Below are positions 18,819 through 27,607 of a stretch of DNA of 64,000 nt, piece by piece (within the stretch, counting starts at the first letter, position 1; each line of letters begins with the position of its first letter). Origin of the DNA: Algoriphagus sp. (GTDB taxonomy: Bacteria > Bacteroidota > Bacteroidia > Cytophagales > Cyclobacteriaceae); NCBI GenBank assembly GCA_046597285.1, contig JBKJKX010000047.1, positions 9,256 through 73,255 on the forward strand, read 5' to 3'. The notes under the pieces were generated by a model that was not told the DNA's origin, did not search any database, and was given only the letters and a program-made list of their open reading frames with translations. The translations under genes and the position numbers were made by a program.

Positions 18819-19963
18819 TGAGTTGATTTAATTTTGATTAATTCTTTGATTCTATTCGCTCTTTTCTTGAGGTTATCCACATTTTCATCCAGAATGGTCA
18901 CATGGCCCATCTTGCGAAAAGGCTTAGTTAATTTCTTACCATACATATGAATATACACTCCTTTTTCTGCCAAAGCTTCTTCCTGACCTTCAACCAAAAC
19001 AGGTCCTGAATATCCTTCTTCTCCAAGTAAATTAATCATGGCTGCAGGAGTTCTGAGATCGGGATTTCCAAGAGGCCAGTTCATCACAGCTCTCAAATGC
19101 TGCTCAAACTGAGAAGTGAAATTAGCTTCTATCGTATGATGCCCGCTGTTATGCGGTCTGGGGGCAATCTCGTTCACGAGAATTTCTCCTGATTTAGTAA
19201 CAAACATTTCAACGGCCAAGATGCCAACCATACCTAATTTTAGGATAACATCTTTGGCGATTTCTTTAGCTTTTTGCTCCACTTCCGGGCTAATTTCCGC
19301 AGGGGCAAAAAGAAACTCAACCAAATTGGCTGTTGGGTGAAAAGCGCATTCAACTGCCGGATAGGCCACCAAATCTCCGGATTCATTCCTTGCAACAGTT
19401 ACTGCGATTTCTTTCTCAAAGTCTATCAATTTTTCCAGGAGCCCTGGCGAATCAAAAGCTTTTTCAAGATCGGCCTCTGTTCTCAAAATCTGAACCCCCC
19501 TGCCATCATACCCTTCTCTTCCCAGCTTGTTTACAGCTGGAAGAAATCCGGAATTGTGTATAACTTCTGCTTTATCTGCTGTCAGGACAAATTCGGCAGT
19601 CGGGATTCCGTGTTGCTGATAAAATTGCTTTTGGGCACGCTTATCCTGGATCAATCGAAGTATCTCTGGCTGTGGATAAACACGCTTCCCTTCAGCATAA
19701 AGCGCTTCTAGTGCCTCCGTATTGACGTTTTCAATTTCAACAGTAATTACATCACAGTCTTGACCGAAGGCATATACTGTGTTATAATCTTTCAGAGAAC
19801 CGACCGTAAATTTTTGGGAAATGTCCTTACACGGAGCATCCGGATCCGGATCCAAAATGTGGATATCCTGATTGTAGTTGATAGCCGACTGAATAAGCAT
19901 CCGGCCAAGTTGACCGCCGCCGAGAACGCCGAGGATTATTGATTGAGGATTTTGTAATGCCAT
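18815..19963 (-). CDS. purK: 5-(carboxyamino)imidazole ribonucleotide synthase
   Basis: GVLGGGQLGRML, ATP-grasp GYDGRG, NEIAPRPHNSGH, RKMGHVT; 4-bp overlap with purE. Confidence 0.98.
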   Translation of the reverse strand: MALQNPQSIILGVLGGGQLGRMLIQSAINYNQDIHILDPDPDAPCKDISQKFTVGSLKDYNTVYAFGQDCDVITVEIENVNTEALEALYAEGKRVYPQPEILRLIQDKRAQKQFYQQHGIPTAEFVLTADKAEVIHNSGFLPAVNKLGREGYDGRGVQILRTEADLEKAFDSPGLLEKLIDFEKEIAVTVARNESGDLVAYPAVECAFHPTANLVEFLFAPAEISPEVEQKAKEIAKDVILKLGMVGILAVEMFVTKSGEILVNEIAPRPHNSGHHTIEANFTSQFEQHLRAVMNWPLGNPDLRTPAAMINLLGEEGYSGPVLVEGQEEALAEKGVYIHMYGKKLTKPFRKMGHVTILDENVDNLKKRANRIKELIKIKSTQ

Positions 19964-19974
19964 AAGAGGCTCAA

Positions 19975-20014
19975 AAATAAGACAATCTGTTTCAATTAAC
20001 AGATTGTCTTATTT
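19975..20014. repeat. Perfect 17-bp inverted repeat (terminator and/or operator)
   Basis: AAATAAGACAATCTGTT-TCAATT-AACAGATTGTCTTATTT. It overlaps a minus-strand TATTTTTG (-7-like) at 19972-19979 just upstream of purK. Confidence 0.85.
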
Positions 20015-20047
20015 CATCAAGGCTTTTCAAAGAAAGAAACTGAAAAA

Positions 20048-20194
20048 TCACCTTCCTCCAATCACTTTAAACAAGATTGCTATGATCGCGATTACAAGGA
20101 GAATATGGATTAAACCTCCCACGTTGTACACAAAAAACCCAAAAATCCATCCAATAACTAGAATGACTGCAATTACATAAAGTAGATTATTCAT
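20048..20194 (-). CDS. lmo0937 family (DUF5670-like) small membrane protein, 48 aa
   Basis: MNNLLYVIAVILVIGWIFGFFVYNVGGLIHILLVIAIIAILFKVIGGR*, with the characteristic GGLIHILLVIA motif; missed by the ORF track. Confidence 0.9.
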   Translation of the reverse strand: MNNLLYVIAVILVIGWIFGFFVYNVGGLIHILLVIAIIAILFKVIGGR

Positions 20195-20266
20195 GGTTTA
20201 AGTATTTTAGGTGAATAATTGATTGCTTATGAATTTACAGATTCTAGTCGACAGTTAAATAAAAAA

Positions 20267-22027
20267 TTAAAACTTTATTCCCATCAATTCCATCAATTTA
20301 TGTGCATTGAAACTCGGGCATGCTCCGGAATTAATTTTATAATCAAAGTCAATGCTCTGATCATGTATCTCTGAATGAAAGCTGAAATTTTTTAAGGATT
20401 CAATCCTTTTTTCTAATTCTGCTAACTCAATATCGTGTGTACTGATAATCCCTATTGCATTGGTTTTTCTTACCTGTCGGATAAGCGCCTCGCTGCCTGC
20501 AATTCTATCTTCGGTATTCGTCCCCTTCAAAATTTCATCCAGCAAGAAAAAAATTTCTTCTCCAGCTTCCAATCGCTCAATCAGAATATGGATCCGACTC
20601 AATTCGGCATAAAATGAACTCACACTTTCGCCCAGATTATCTGAATTCCTCATACTTGTGTAAAGCTGCGTAGGCCCTAATTCAAACTCTTTTGCAAAAG
20701 GATTTAGACCTAAATTCATCAAAACACAGTTGATTCCCAATGTCCTCATGAAAGTGGTTTTTCCACTCATATTCGATCCTGTGAGTAGAATGATTCTCTG
20801 ATTTTCATCCAAAACAAAATCATTTGCAATGGCTTTTTCCGGATGAAGCAAGGGGTGAGTTATTCCTGTAGCCATCAATCCCGATTTAGGAAGTTGAACC
20901 ACTTTCCCTTGGACGCCAACCTCAGCCTCAAAAGCACCTAAAGAAATCAAAACTTCCCAGTTTTCCAGCTGTTCCGGAAATTCAGACACCGTTTCTCCAT
21001 GATTTCTCTTCCAGGAATTGAGTCTCATGAAAAGAAACAAATCTGTCCAAAAGAGCAAATTGATAGGCAGATACAGGAGGTTTAAGCGATTTTGAATCCA
21101 AAGTCCAAGTCGATCAAGTTGATTCAATAATTCGGAAGCTTTTTCATCTTTTGATAAAAAATGCGATTGAGCAACTTTAAGAATGGGAGAATTGAAGTTT
21201 TCCCGCTCCAATTCAGCTATCCAATATCGGTAGATTTTAAGCTGATTTCGAGATGGAATTAGTTCTGCAGCTTGTTTCAGGGGCTTGAAAACAGCGGACA
21301 AAAATATCATTCCAATCAGGATCCAACTACCCAAAATGGCGGGAGGGAGCACCGCAAAATAAACAAGTGATGAAAGAATAATTCCTCCGATCGGTCCAAT
21401 AAAAGCAAAACCAGAAATCCATGATTTCGTCTTTTGAGGCTCTCTCAGCCATTGGATCCATCCTTCCGCCGATTTTTCTGTCAGATAAAAAGCCAGTCCT
21501 ATACTTTCAATGGCTTGTAAAAATTTAGGTTTACTAGAAAGCTCCTGAGCCGCCAATCGCTGCGCTTCCGATTCATCAAGATGAAAAGAACTCTTCATTT
21601 TGAAAGCAAGTGCTTTTTTTGCTTTCGGAGAAATAGTGTGATTGAGTAATTGAAAAAGGGAATGCTCGCCAAAAAGATCCAAATCATTTGAAAACGGATG
21701 CAACTTGTCCATAAATTCCGAGCCTGTATCAAGGCCGGAGAGATTTCTGGCTTTTCGTTTTTCAGTTCGTTGTTCAAGTTTTTGCAGCGCCAGATAAATC
21801 GCCTCCTGATCTTTCTGGTAATTATATCTTCGAATCAATTCGATAAATCCACCGACCGCCATTCCAAAAGGAATAAACCAATAAGCTGCATCTGACAAAG
21901 TGAGAACTAACAAGGCCACTAATCCTAAAAACAACAAAAGCCTCAACAAGGAAAGACTGCCTGCTTTCTTTTTTACCAAACTCAGTTTATCTGAAAGTCC
22001 TTCGCTTTCAAAATCAAATCCTTTCAT
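20267..22027 (-). CDS. Membrane-anchored MutS-related ATPase (domain III/V only)
   Basis: Two N-terminal TM pairs, DLDLFGEHSLFQ motif, Walker A LTGSNMSGKTTF, LLDEILKGTN, STHD; no mismatch-binding domain I. Confidence 0.9.
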   Translation of the reverse strand: MKGFDFESEGLSDKLSLVKKKAGSLSLLRLLLFLGLVALLVLTLSDAAYWFIPFGMAVGGFIELIRRYNYQKDQEAIYLALQKLEQRTEKRKARNLSGLDTGSEFMDKLHPFSNDLDLFGEHSLFQLLNHTISPKAKKALAFKMKSSFHLDESEAQRLAAQELSSKPKFLQAIESIGLAFYLTEKSAEGWIQWLREPQKTKSWISGFAFIGPIGGIILSSLVYFAVLPPAILGSWILIGMIFLSAVFKPLKQAAELIPSRNQLKIYRYWIAELERENFNSPILKVAQSHFLSKDEKASELLNQLDRLGLWIQNRLNLLYLPINLLFWTDLFLFMRLNSWKRNHGETVSEFPEQLENWEVLISLGAFEAEVGVQGKVVQLPKSGLMATGITHPLLHPEKAIANDFVLDENQRIILLTGSNMSGKTTFMRTLGINCVLMNLGLNPFAKEFELGPTQLYTSMRNSDNLGESVSSFYAELSRIHILIERLEAGEEIFFLLDEILKGTNTEDRIAGSEALIRQVRKTNAIGIISTHDIELAELEKRIESLKNFSFHSEIHDQSIDFDYKINSGACPSFNAHKLMELMGIKF

Positions 22028-22156
22028 GCCTAAAGATAGAGATTGAACAAGAAAGACTCCTACACAAAATAAATAGGGAGTTGAACAAAAAAATCTTTCT
22101 GGTACCTTATCCGTTTATCTTGAAAATCAGAAGTTGCAATGAAATCGAAACCAGAA

Positions 22157-22315
22157 ATGCCAAAGTCTAAAACTCAGGAATCAGTAGCAGAGGAATGGGA
22201 TTTAAGCCGCGGTATGGGGATCTTTCCTGATGACATTTCTTTGACTCAAAACATTGGTTGTGTCGGTGGTTCAGATAAAAAATCAACCTCAAAAAAAATC
22301 TTCCCCAGAAAATAA
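22157..22315 (+). CDS. Small hypothetical protein (52 aa; 58 aa if started at 22139)
   Basis: MPKSKTQESVAEEWDLSRGMGIFPDDISLTQNIGCVGGSDKKSTSKKIFPRK*, which fills the intergenic gap in the same orientation as the next gene. Confidence 0.6.
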   Translation: MPKSKTQESVAEEWDLSRGMGIFPDDISLTQNIGCVGGSDKKSTSKKIFPRK

Positions 22316-22353
22316 AAGTTAACTTCTAACATTTTTTTCAAACTTATCCAAAT

Positions 22354-23181
22354 ATGAAAATTTTAAGCAAAAGATCCATTCTTGCCACTTTCGTCGGTTG
22401 TATCCTTTTATTTTCCAGTTGCGATTCCGACATTGATCCCATAGCAGAGCCAGACTTATCAGTGGTAAATGATGATCTTGAAATGAATCAAGCTTTTGAA
22501 GATTTGGATTTACTCACAATTTCGACCCTCGAATCCAACGGGTTGGGAGCAAGAACTTTGGCCCAAACCAAGGATGATTTGTGTTCCACAGCTAAAGTCA
22601 TCAAGGATTTGGTAGCCAAAAAGATAACGATTGATTTCGGTGCAGGTTGCACAAGTCCAAATGGTATCATTCGAAAAGGGAAAATCTTCTTGGCCTACTC
22701 TGGAAATTTGCTTTTTCCAGGATCAACTATTATTACAACTTTCGAAGGGTATGAGGTAAACGGGCTTAAAATAGAAGGTACTCGAATTCTTACCAATTTA
22801 GCCATCAACCCAACTACTAAAACGATCACTTTAGCGGTGAAAATCCAAACAGGAAAAGTGACTTGGCCAGATAACACATTTATTACTTTTGTAAGCGACC
22901 AAGTCAGAACTTTAAAGCTAGGCGATCTCGGCTATGAAATTTCTGTGACAGGTACTGCTTCCGGCAAAACTCGTGGCGGGTTTGACTATTCTTCCCTCAC
23001 ATCAACATCCTTAACTATTAAACAAACTTGCGTGGAATCTGGAGTGTTTATTCCTACAAGCGGGATTTTGCAATTGACGGCTCGTGGCACTCTCTTCTCT
23101 ATAGATTACGGTATTGGCACCTGTGACAAACTCATTACTCTCACATATCCTGGTGGAACAAAAGAAGTGACGCTGGATTAA
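22354..23181 (+). CDS. Hypothetical lipoprotein (beta-rich)
   Basis: Lipobox LFSSC, Gly/Thr-rich beta-strand pattern, Cys pairs. Confidence 0.8.
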   Translation: MKILSKRSILATFVGCILLFSSCDSDIDPIAEPDLSVVNDDLEMNQAFEDLDLLTISTLESNGLGARTLAQTKDDLCSTAKVIKDLVAKKITIDFGAGCTSPNGIIRKGKIFLAYSGNLLFPGSTIITTFEGYEVNGLKIEGTRILTNLAINPTTKTITLAVKIQTGKVTWPDNTFITFVSDQVRTLKLGDLGYEISVTGTASGKTRGGFDYSSLTSTSLTIKQTCVESGVFIPTSGILQLTARGTLFSIDYGIGTCDKLITLTYPGGTKEVTLD

Positions 23182-23200
23182 TCAGACCAGATTTTAAATC

Positions 23201-23233
23201 AAAACGGCTATCTTTCACAGGTAGCCGTTTTTT
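23201..23233 (+). terminator. Terminator after the lipoprotein gene
   Basis: Stem AAAACGGCTA/TAGCCGTTTT followed by a T-tract. Confidence 0.7.
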
Positions 23234-23911
23234 ATGGAAAAGAAAATTATTGGGGGATTTGAACATATCTTATACGAAAGGCCTCAAATTACTCCGGAGG
23301 AAATGATCGTAAAATCAAGAGAATTCTATCTTGAAATGGATCAGCGAAGGACCGTTAGGGAGTTTGATACCCGACAGATACCACTGGAAGTGATGGAAAA
23401 TATCATCCTAACCGCAAGCACAGCTCCATCGGGAGCTCATAAGCAACCCTGGACTTTTTGCCTTGTTTCAGACCCAGAGATAAAGCTAAAAATCCGTGAA
23501 GCCGCTGAAGAAGAAGAGAAAATCAGCTACACAAGTCGAATGCCTAATACTTGGAAAGATGATCTGAAACCGCTCGGAACAAATTGGGAGAAACCATTTC
23601 TGCAAGATGCTCCTTATTTAATTGTCGTCTTCAAGCAATCATTCGGAATTGAACGCGGTGAAAAAATCCAGCACTATTATGTAAGTGAATCAGTGGGAAT
23701 AGCCTGTGGCTTTTTAATAGCAGCTATTCATCATGCCGGACTTGTGGCAGTAACACATACTCCAAGTCCAATGAATTTTTTGACCGAAATCCTTCAACGA
23801 CCTTCGAACGAGAAGCCATTTCTTCTAATCCCGGTTGGGTTCTCAAAAGATGAAACCTACGTTCCAGACATCCGGAGGAAACCATTGGAAATGGTTCGTA
23901 GGAAGTTTTGA
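23234..23911 (+). CDS. Nitroreductase superfamily protein, iodotyrosine deiodinase (IYD)-like
   Basis: RRTVREF, TAPSGAHKQPW, AEEEEKISY, GTNWEKPFL..AP, HYYVSESVGIA, VTHTPSPM. Confidence 0.88.
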   Translation: MEKKIIGGFEHILYERPQITPEEMIVKSREFYLEMDQRRTVREFDTRQIPLEVMENIILTASTAPSGAHKQPWTFCLVSDPEIKLKIREAAEEEEKISYTSRMPNTWKDDLKPLGTNWEKPFLQDAPYLIVVFKQSFGIERGEKIQHYYVSESVGIACGFLIAAIHHAGLVAVTHTPSPMNFLTEILQRPSNEKPFLLIPVGFSKDETYVPDIRRKPLEMVRRKF

Positions 23912-23932
23912 TTTTCAGAATTGCAAACGAGA

Positions 23933-24793
23933 TTATTCTGCCTCTTTTTCTGTACTCATTCCCCCAGTTGGATAATGATGATAAACATCACTTTTTGGAT
24001 AAGGAATCTCGATTTTTTGATTTTCAAAAGCCTCCTTAATCGCTTCCATATTTGAAAAATACACTTCCCAATAGTCAGGAGTATTTACCCAAACTCTAAC
24101 CACCATATCAAGTGAACTTGCCCCAAAAGAATTGAAAGCAATTAACGGAGCAGGATCCTTCAAAATATGTTCATCCCTATCGATTATCTCCAAAATGAGA
24201 TCTTTCACGAATTTTAGATTTGTTCCGTAGGCCACACCAATTGTAAAATCCACTCTCCGTGTTGATTGTGAGCTGAAATTGACAACATCTGAGTTGGCAA
24301 GGTTTCCATTGGGAATGATCACTTCCTTGTTATCAAAAGTGTTCAAGTGGGTGTAAAGCACATCAATCTTTTGAACGGTACCAGTATGGCCTTGACCCGT
24401 AATCGTATCACCAACTCTGAATGGCTTGAAAAGCAAAATCAATACACCCCCTGCAAAATTTGAAAGTGATCCTTGAAGGGCAAGGCCGATTGCCAGACCT
24501 GCAGCTCCCAAAACCGCAAGAAAAGAAGATGCCGGAACTCCCAGGATAGTTGCGATTCCGATGAATAAGGAAACGAACAACAAGGCTTTTACCAAGCCAA
24601 TTAAAAAGTCATTTAAGGATGGATTTTCCTCTCTTCTTTGAAGAATTTTGGTAAATCCTCTTACAAGCTTTAATACTAGGAACCTGCCAATCAAGTAGAA
24701 AAATAATGCGTAAATAAGGGATGGTACAATTTTATACCCTAGCTGAATTCCCTGTTCCAATAGCGTTTTGACTGTTTCCGGAGATAATTCCAT
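23933..24793 (-). CDS. mscS: Small-conductance mechanosensitive channel
   Basis: GAAGLAIGLALQGSLSNFAGG, KPFRVGD, IPNGNL, RRVDFTIGVAY. Confidence 0.93.
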   Translation of the reverse strand: MELSPETVKTLLEQGIQLGYKIVPSLIYALFFYLIGRFLVLKLVRGFTKILQRREENPSLNDFLIGLVKALLFVSLFIGIATILGVPASSFLAVLGAAGLAIGLALQGSLSNFAGGVLILLFKPFRVGDTITGQGHTGTVQKIDVLYTHLNTFDNKEVIIPNGNLANSDVVNFSSQSTRRVDFTIGVAYGTNLKFVKDLILEIIDRDEHILKDPAPLIAFNSFGASSLDMVVRVWVNTPDYWEVYFSNMEAIKEAFENQKIEIPYPKSDVYHHYPTGGMSTEKEAE

Positions 24794-24829
24794 TACTCTT
24801 AGTTGGTTTAATTACTGGTTTCAAAAGTC

Positions 24830-25534
24830 CTAAAATAGGACATAGACTTGCCAACGAAAAGCCCAATTCCAGGTAATTTTAAAATCTTGGATATTGGCTT
24901 CTAGCAAAATCCTCTCCCAATCCTGTCTTGAAAAACTCCTTAATACGGAAATAGGTGCATCATTTTGGACCATTGGAGACCGGCTAAACCAACTGGTTAA
25001 CAGTTTAATACTGTGGTAAGCCAATGGATGCCGATGAAGGTCATTGATCACTATTCCCAGTTTCGCCTTTTGGCGAAAAGCTGTCAATAAGGATACCAGT
25101 TCTGAATCCGTGAAATGATGCGTAAAAAGTGTGCAAGTCACAACATCCACCGAATCTGATGCAAATTCAGAATCAAATACGTTCTGCGTTTTCCAATTAA
25201 TTCCTGATAAATCTGACAATCGTTGTTTTGCTAGCTCGATGATATTTGGATTGGCATCAACTCCTGTAAAATCAACTTTGAAATCTTTTGAAAGAGCCCA
25301 ATCATTCATGATTCGAATCATATCTCCTCCTCCACAGCCAATATCTGCAATCGTATAGGATTGCTTAGGTTTTGCTTTGAAAAGTTTGGAAAGCCCGGAT
25401 GTAGTAACGTAGTTGCCTCCCAGCAAGCGGTTGATTGTTTTCAGCTCACGCAAAGTTTGCTCCAGGACTTCGCCGGAGCATTCAAGATCATCCATGAGTT
25501 CTTTTTCTTCACTCCTTCGATCAAATCTGCTCAT
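24830..25534 (-). CDS. SAM-dependent methyltransferase (type III PKS-associated)
   Basis: ELMDD...L.ELKTINRLLGG N-terminus, DIGCGGGD motif I, TLFTHHF, INDLHRH; 4-bp overlap with the PKS stop. Confidence 0.9.
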   Translation of the reverse strand: MSRFDRRSEEKELMDDLECSGEVLEQTLRELKTINRLLGGNYVTTSGLSKLFKAKPKQSYTIADIGCGGGDMIRIMNDWALSKDFKVDFTGVDANPNIIELAKQRLSDLSGINWKTQNVFDSEFASDSVDVVTCTLFTHHFTDSELVSLLTAFRQKAKLGIVINDLHRHPLAYHSIKLLTSWFSRSPMVQNDAPISVLRSFSRQDWERILLEANIQDFKITWNWAFRWQVYVLF

Positions 25535-26610
25535 CGCTTTTCCAGATAAAGGGTTTCCAAAGTGAGGCCCGGTCCAAATCCCAAAGACAAAATTTTTCCA
25601 GTGATTTCTACGTCTTCCATCATTCTGGACAGTACAAAAAGGATTGTTGCAGAAGACATATTTCCATATTGATTCAGCACGTCCCGTGCATGTTTATTCA
25701 CCGACGGAGGCAATTCGAATGCTTCCTGTACCTTTTGCAAAATCTGTTTACCTCCAGGATGAATTGCAAAATTCTTGATCCCGGAAAGGTTGAATTTCCT
25801 TTCAAAAACATCTCTGAGTTTTCTGATTCCTTCATCCAGTAGAGATGGAATGTATTTGCTCAGATGCATTTCAAATCCAAAATCTCCAATTCCCCAAGCC
25901 ATGTCTTCCTCACCTTCGCGCAAAACCTGGCTTAGGTAAGACTCAATAGACAATCCTTTATCTGATTTCATAATCAAGGCAGCTGCTGCCCCATCTGCGA
26001 AAAGTGAATTGGCAAGGATATTATCCTCTACATACTCTTTCTGAAAATGCAACGTGCAAAGTTCGACTGATACCAGCAATACTTTTGCTTCTGGCTCAGC
26101 ATGAAGAATTTTATCCGCAAGCTTGATTCCCGTAAAGGCCGCATAGCATCCCATGAAATGAACACAATAGCGCTCCACAGTATCACTCAGACCCAGCCTT
26201 CGCATCAACTCCAACTCAACACCCGGCGCAACCATCCCTGTACAGGAGACTAAAATTAAATGAGTAATGGAATCTGCCGTTTGACTAGATTTTTCCAAGC
26301 AATCATTGACTGCCTTTTCACATAAATCAGGTGCCTCAGCCCGAAAAATTTTCATTCTTGCCTTAGTCCCAGGGAATGGCTCTAGATTCTTATCCTTCGG
26401 AAAAAATGAAAATTCAGCAGGATCCTTTTTGGAAAAGTCATTCAATACGCTGTATCGGGTAGAAATTCCCGACATCCTGTATAAAAATCCCAGCTTTCTC
26501 CCCTCCACTTCATCAAGTTCGTGGGCTACTTTCATAAAATCCGAAATGACCGACTGCTCTATCGCCATACCTGGGTTTGCCAAGCCAATACTTACAATGC
26601 TGGATTTCAT
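25531..26610 (-). CDS. Type III polyketide synthase (chalcone/stilbene synthase family)
   Basis: Intact Cys-His-Asn triad: MGCYAA, AIHPGG, YGNMSS; also VELCTLH, FADGAAA, GFGPGLTLE. Confidence 0.96.
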   Translation of the reverse strand: MKSSIVSIGLANPGMAIEQSVISDFMKVAHELDEVEGRKLGFLYRMSGISTRYSVLNDFSKKDPAEFSFFPKDKNLEPFPGTKARMKIFRAEAPDLCEKAVNDCLEKSSQTADSITHLILVSCTGMVAPGVELELMRRLGLSDTVERYCVHFMGCYAAFTGIKLADKILHAEPEAKVLLVSVELCTLHFQKEYVEDNILANSLFADGAAAALIMKSDKGLSIESYLSQVLREGEEDMAWGIGDFGFEMHLSKYIPSLLDEGIRKLRDVFERKFNLSGIKNFAIHPGGKQILQKVQEAFELPPSVNKHARDVLNQYGNMSSATILFVLSRMMEDVEITGKILSLGFGPGLTLETLYLEKR

Positions 26611-26702
26611 GTAATCAAGTTAAAAGATAATTTCTAAATTGGAAGAACTGCTTTGTAACCTCGAGGCTAGTATAAGGTTCTTCAGAATAATATATATACG
26701 AT

Positions 26703-27602
26703 ATGATTACAAAATCGAGCCTAAAACACCTGCGCATCCTTTTCTCATTATTTCTGATGCCTGTTTTTTTCTTTGCTTTAGCTTTGACTCCGAACCTGAA
26801 CGAGCAAAGACTTCTCTATGTGTTTATTGCTATTCATTTATTTCTGTATCCCTCCAGCAATGGTTACAACAGTTATTTTGACAAAGACGAGGAAAGTATC
26901 GGAGGCTTAAAGAACCCACCCAAAGTCACACGGGATTTATATTGGCTTTCTATGTTATTCTTCCTGATTGCCATTGGACTCGGATTGCTCATCAATTGGA
27001 GTTTTGCATCGATGCTTCTTATTTATGGTTTGGTGAGCATGGCTTACAGTCATCCAATCATCCGTATCAAAAAGTATCCCTTTCTGAGTTGGTTTATCGC
27101 GGGATTTTTTCAGGGATTTTTCACCTTCGGAATGGTTTACGCTGGGATCAGCGACCTGAATTGGACTGTGATGATCAAACCTCATGTGATTATCCCGGGT
27201 CTATTAACAAGTGTGATGCTATGGGGAAGTTACCCGCTGACCCAAGTCTATCAGCATGGAGAAGATTCCAGAAGAGGAGATAGAACGCTTAGCCTAGTTT
27301 TGGGAATCAAAGGAACCTTTCTATTTGCCTCGATCCTATTTTTGATCACCGGACTTGCATTTGCCTGGTATTTCATAGAAAGAAATCAACTCGATATCCT
27401 TTGGGTCTACTTGAGTGCAATGGCTCCAATAATGGTGTTTTTCCTAATCTGGTTTAGTTTTATCCGACTGAATCCAAAAAAATACGCCAGCTATAGTTGG
27501 GCAATGGGGATGAATACCATTTCAGCTTTGGCATTGAATGCGTTCTTTATCTACTATTTCCTCGAAAACACCCAAATCCTTCAGGTTTTTGGGGCCTATT
27601 GA
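26703..27602 (+). CDS. UbiA superfamily prenyltransferase
   Basis: About 9 TM segments, first Asp-rich loop NGYNSYFDKDEESIGG, YS..P..RIK, second motif YQHGEDSRRGDRT. Confidence 0.88.
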   Translation: MITKSSLKHLRILFSLFLMPVFFFALALTPNLNEQRLLYVFIAIHLFLYPSSNGYNSYFDKDEESIGGLKNPPKVTRDLYWLSMLFFLIAIGLGLLINWSFASMLLIYGLVSMAYSHPIIRIKKYPFLSWFIAGFFQGFFTFGMVYAGISDLNWTVMIKPHVIIPGLLTSVMLWGSYPLTQVYQHGEDSRRGDRTLSLVLGIKGTFLFASILFLITGLAFAWYFIERNQLDILWVYLSAMAPIMVFFLIWFSFIRLNPKKYASYSWAMGMNTISALALNAFFIYYFLENTQILQVFGAY

Positions 27603-27607
27603 AATTA

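Noticed and set aside
18333-19711. Plus-strand ORFs of 149 and 145 aa
   Set aside because: Antisense to purE and purK, which are unambiguous
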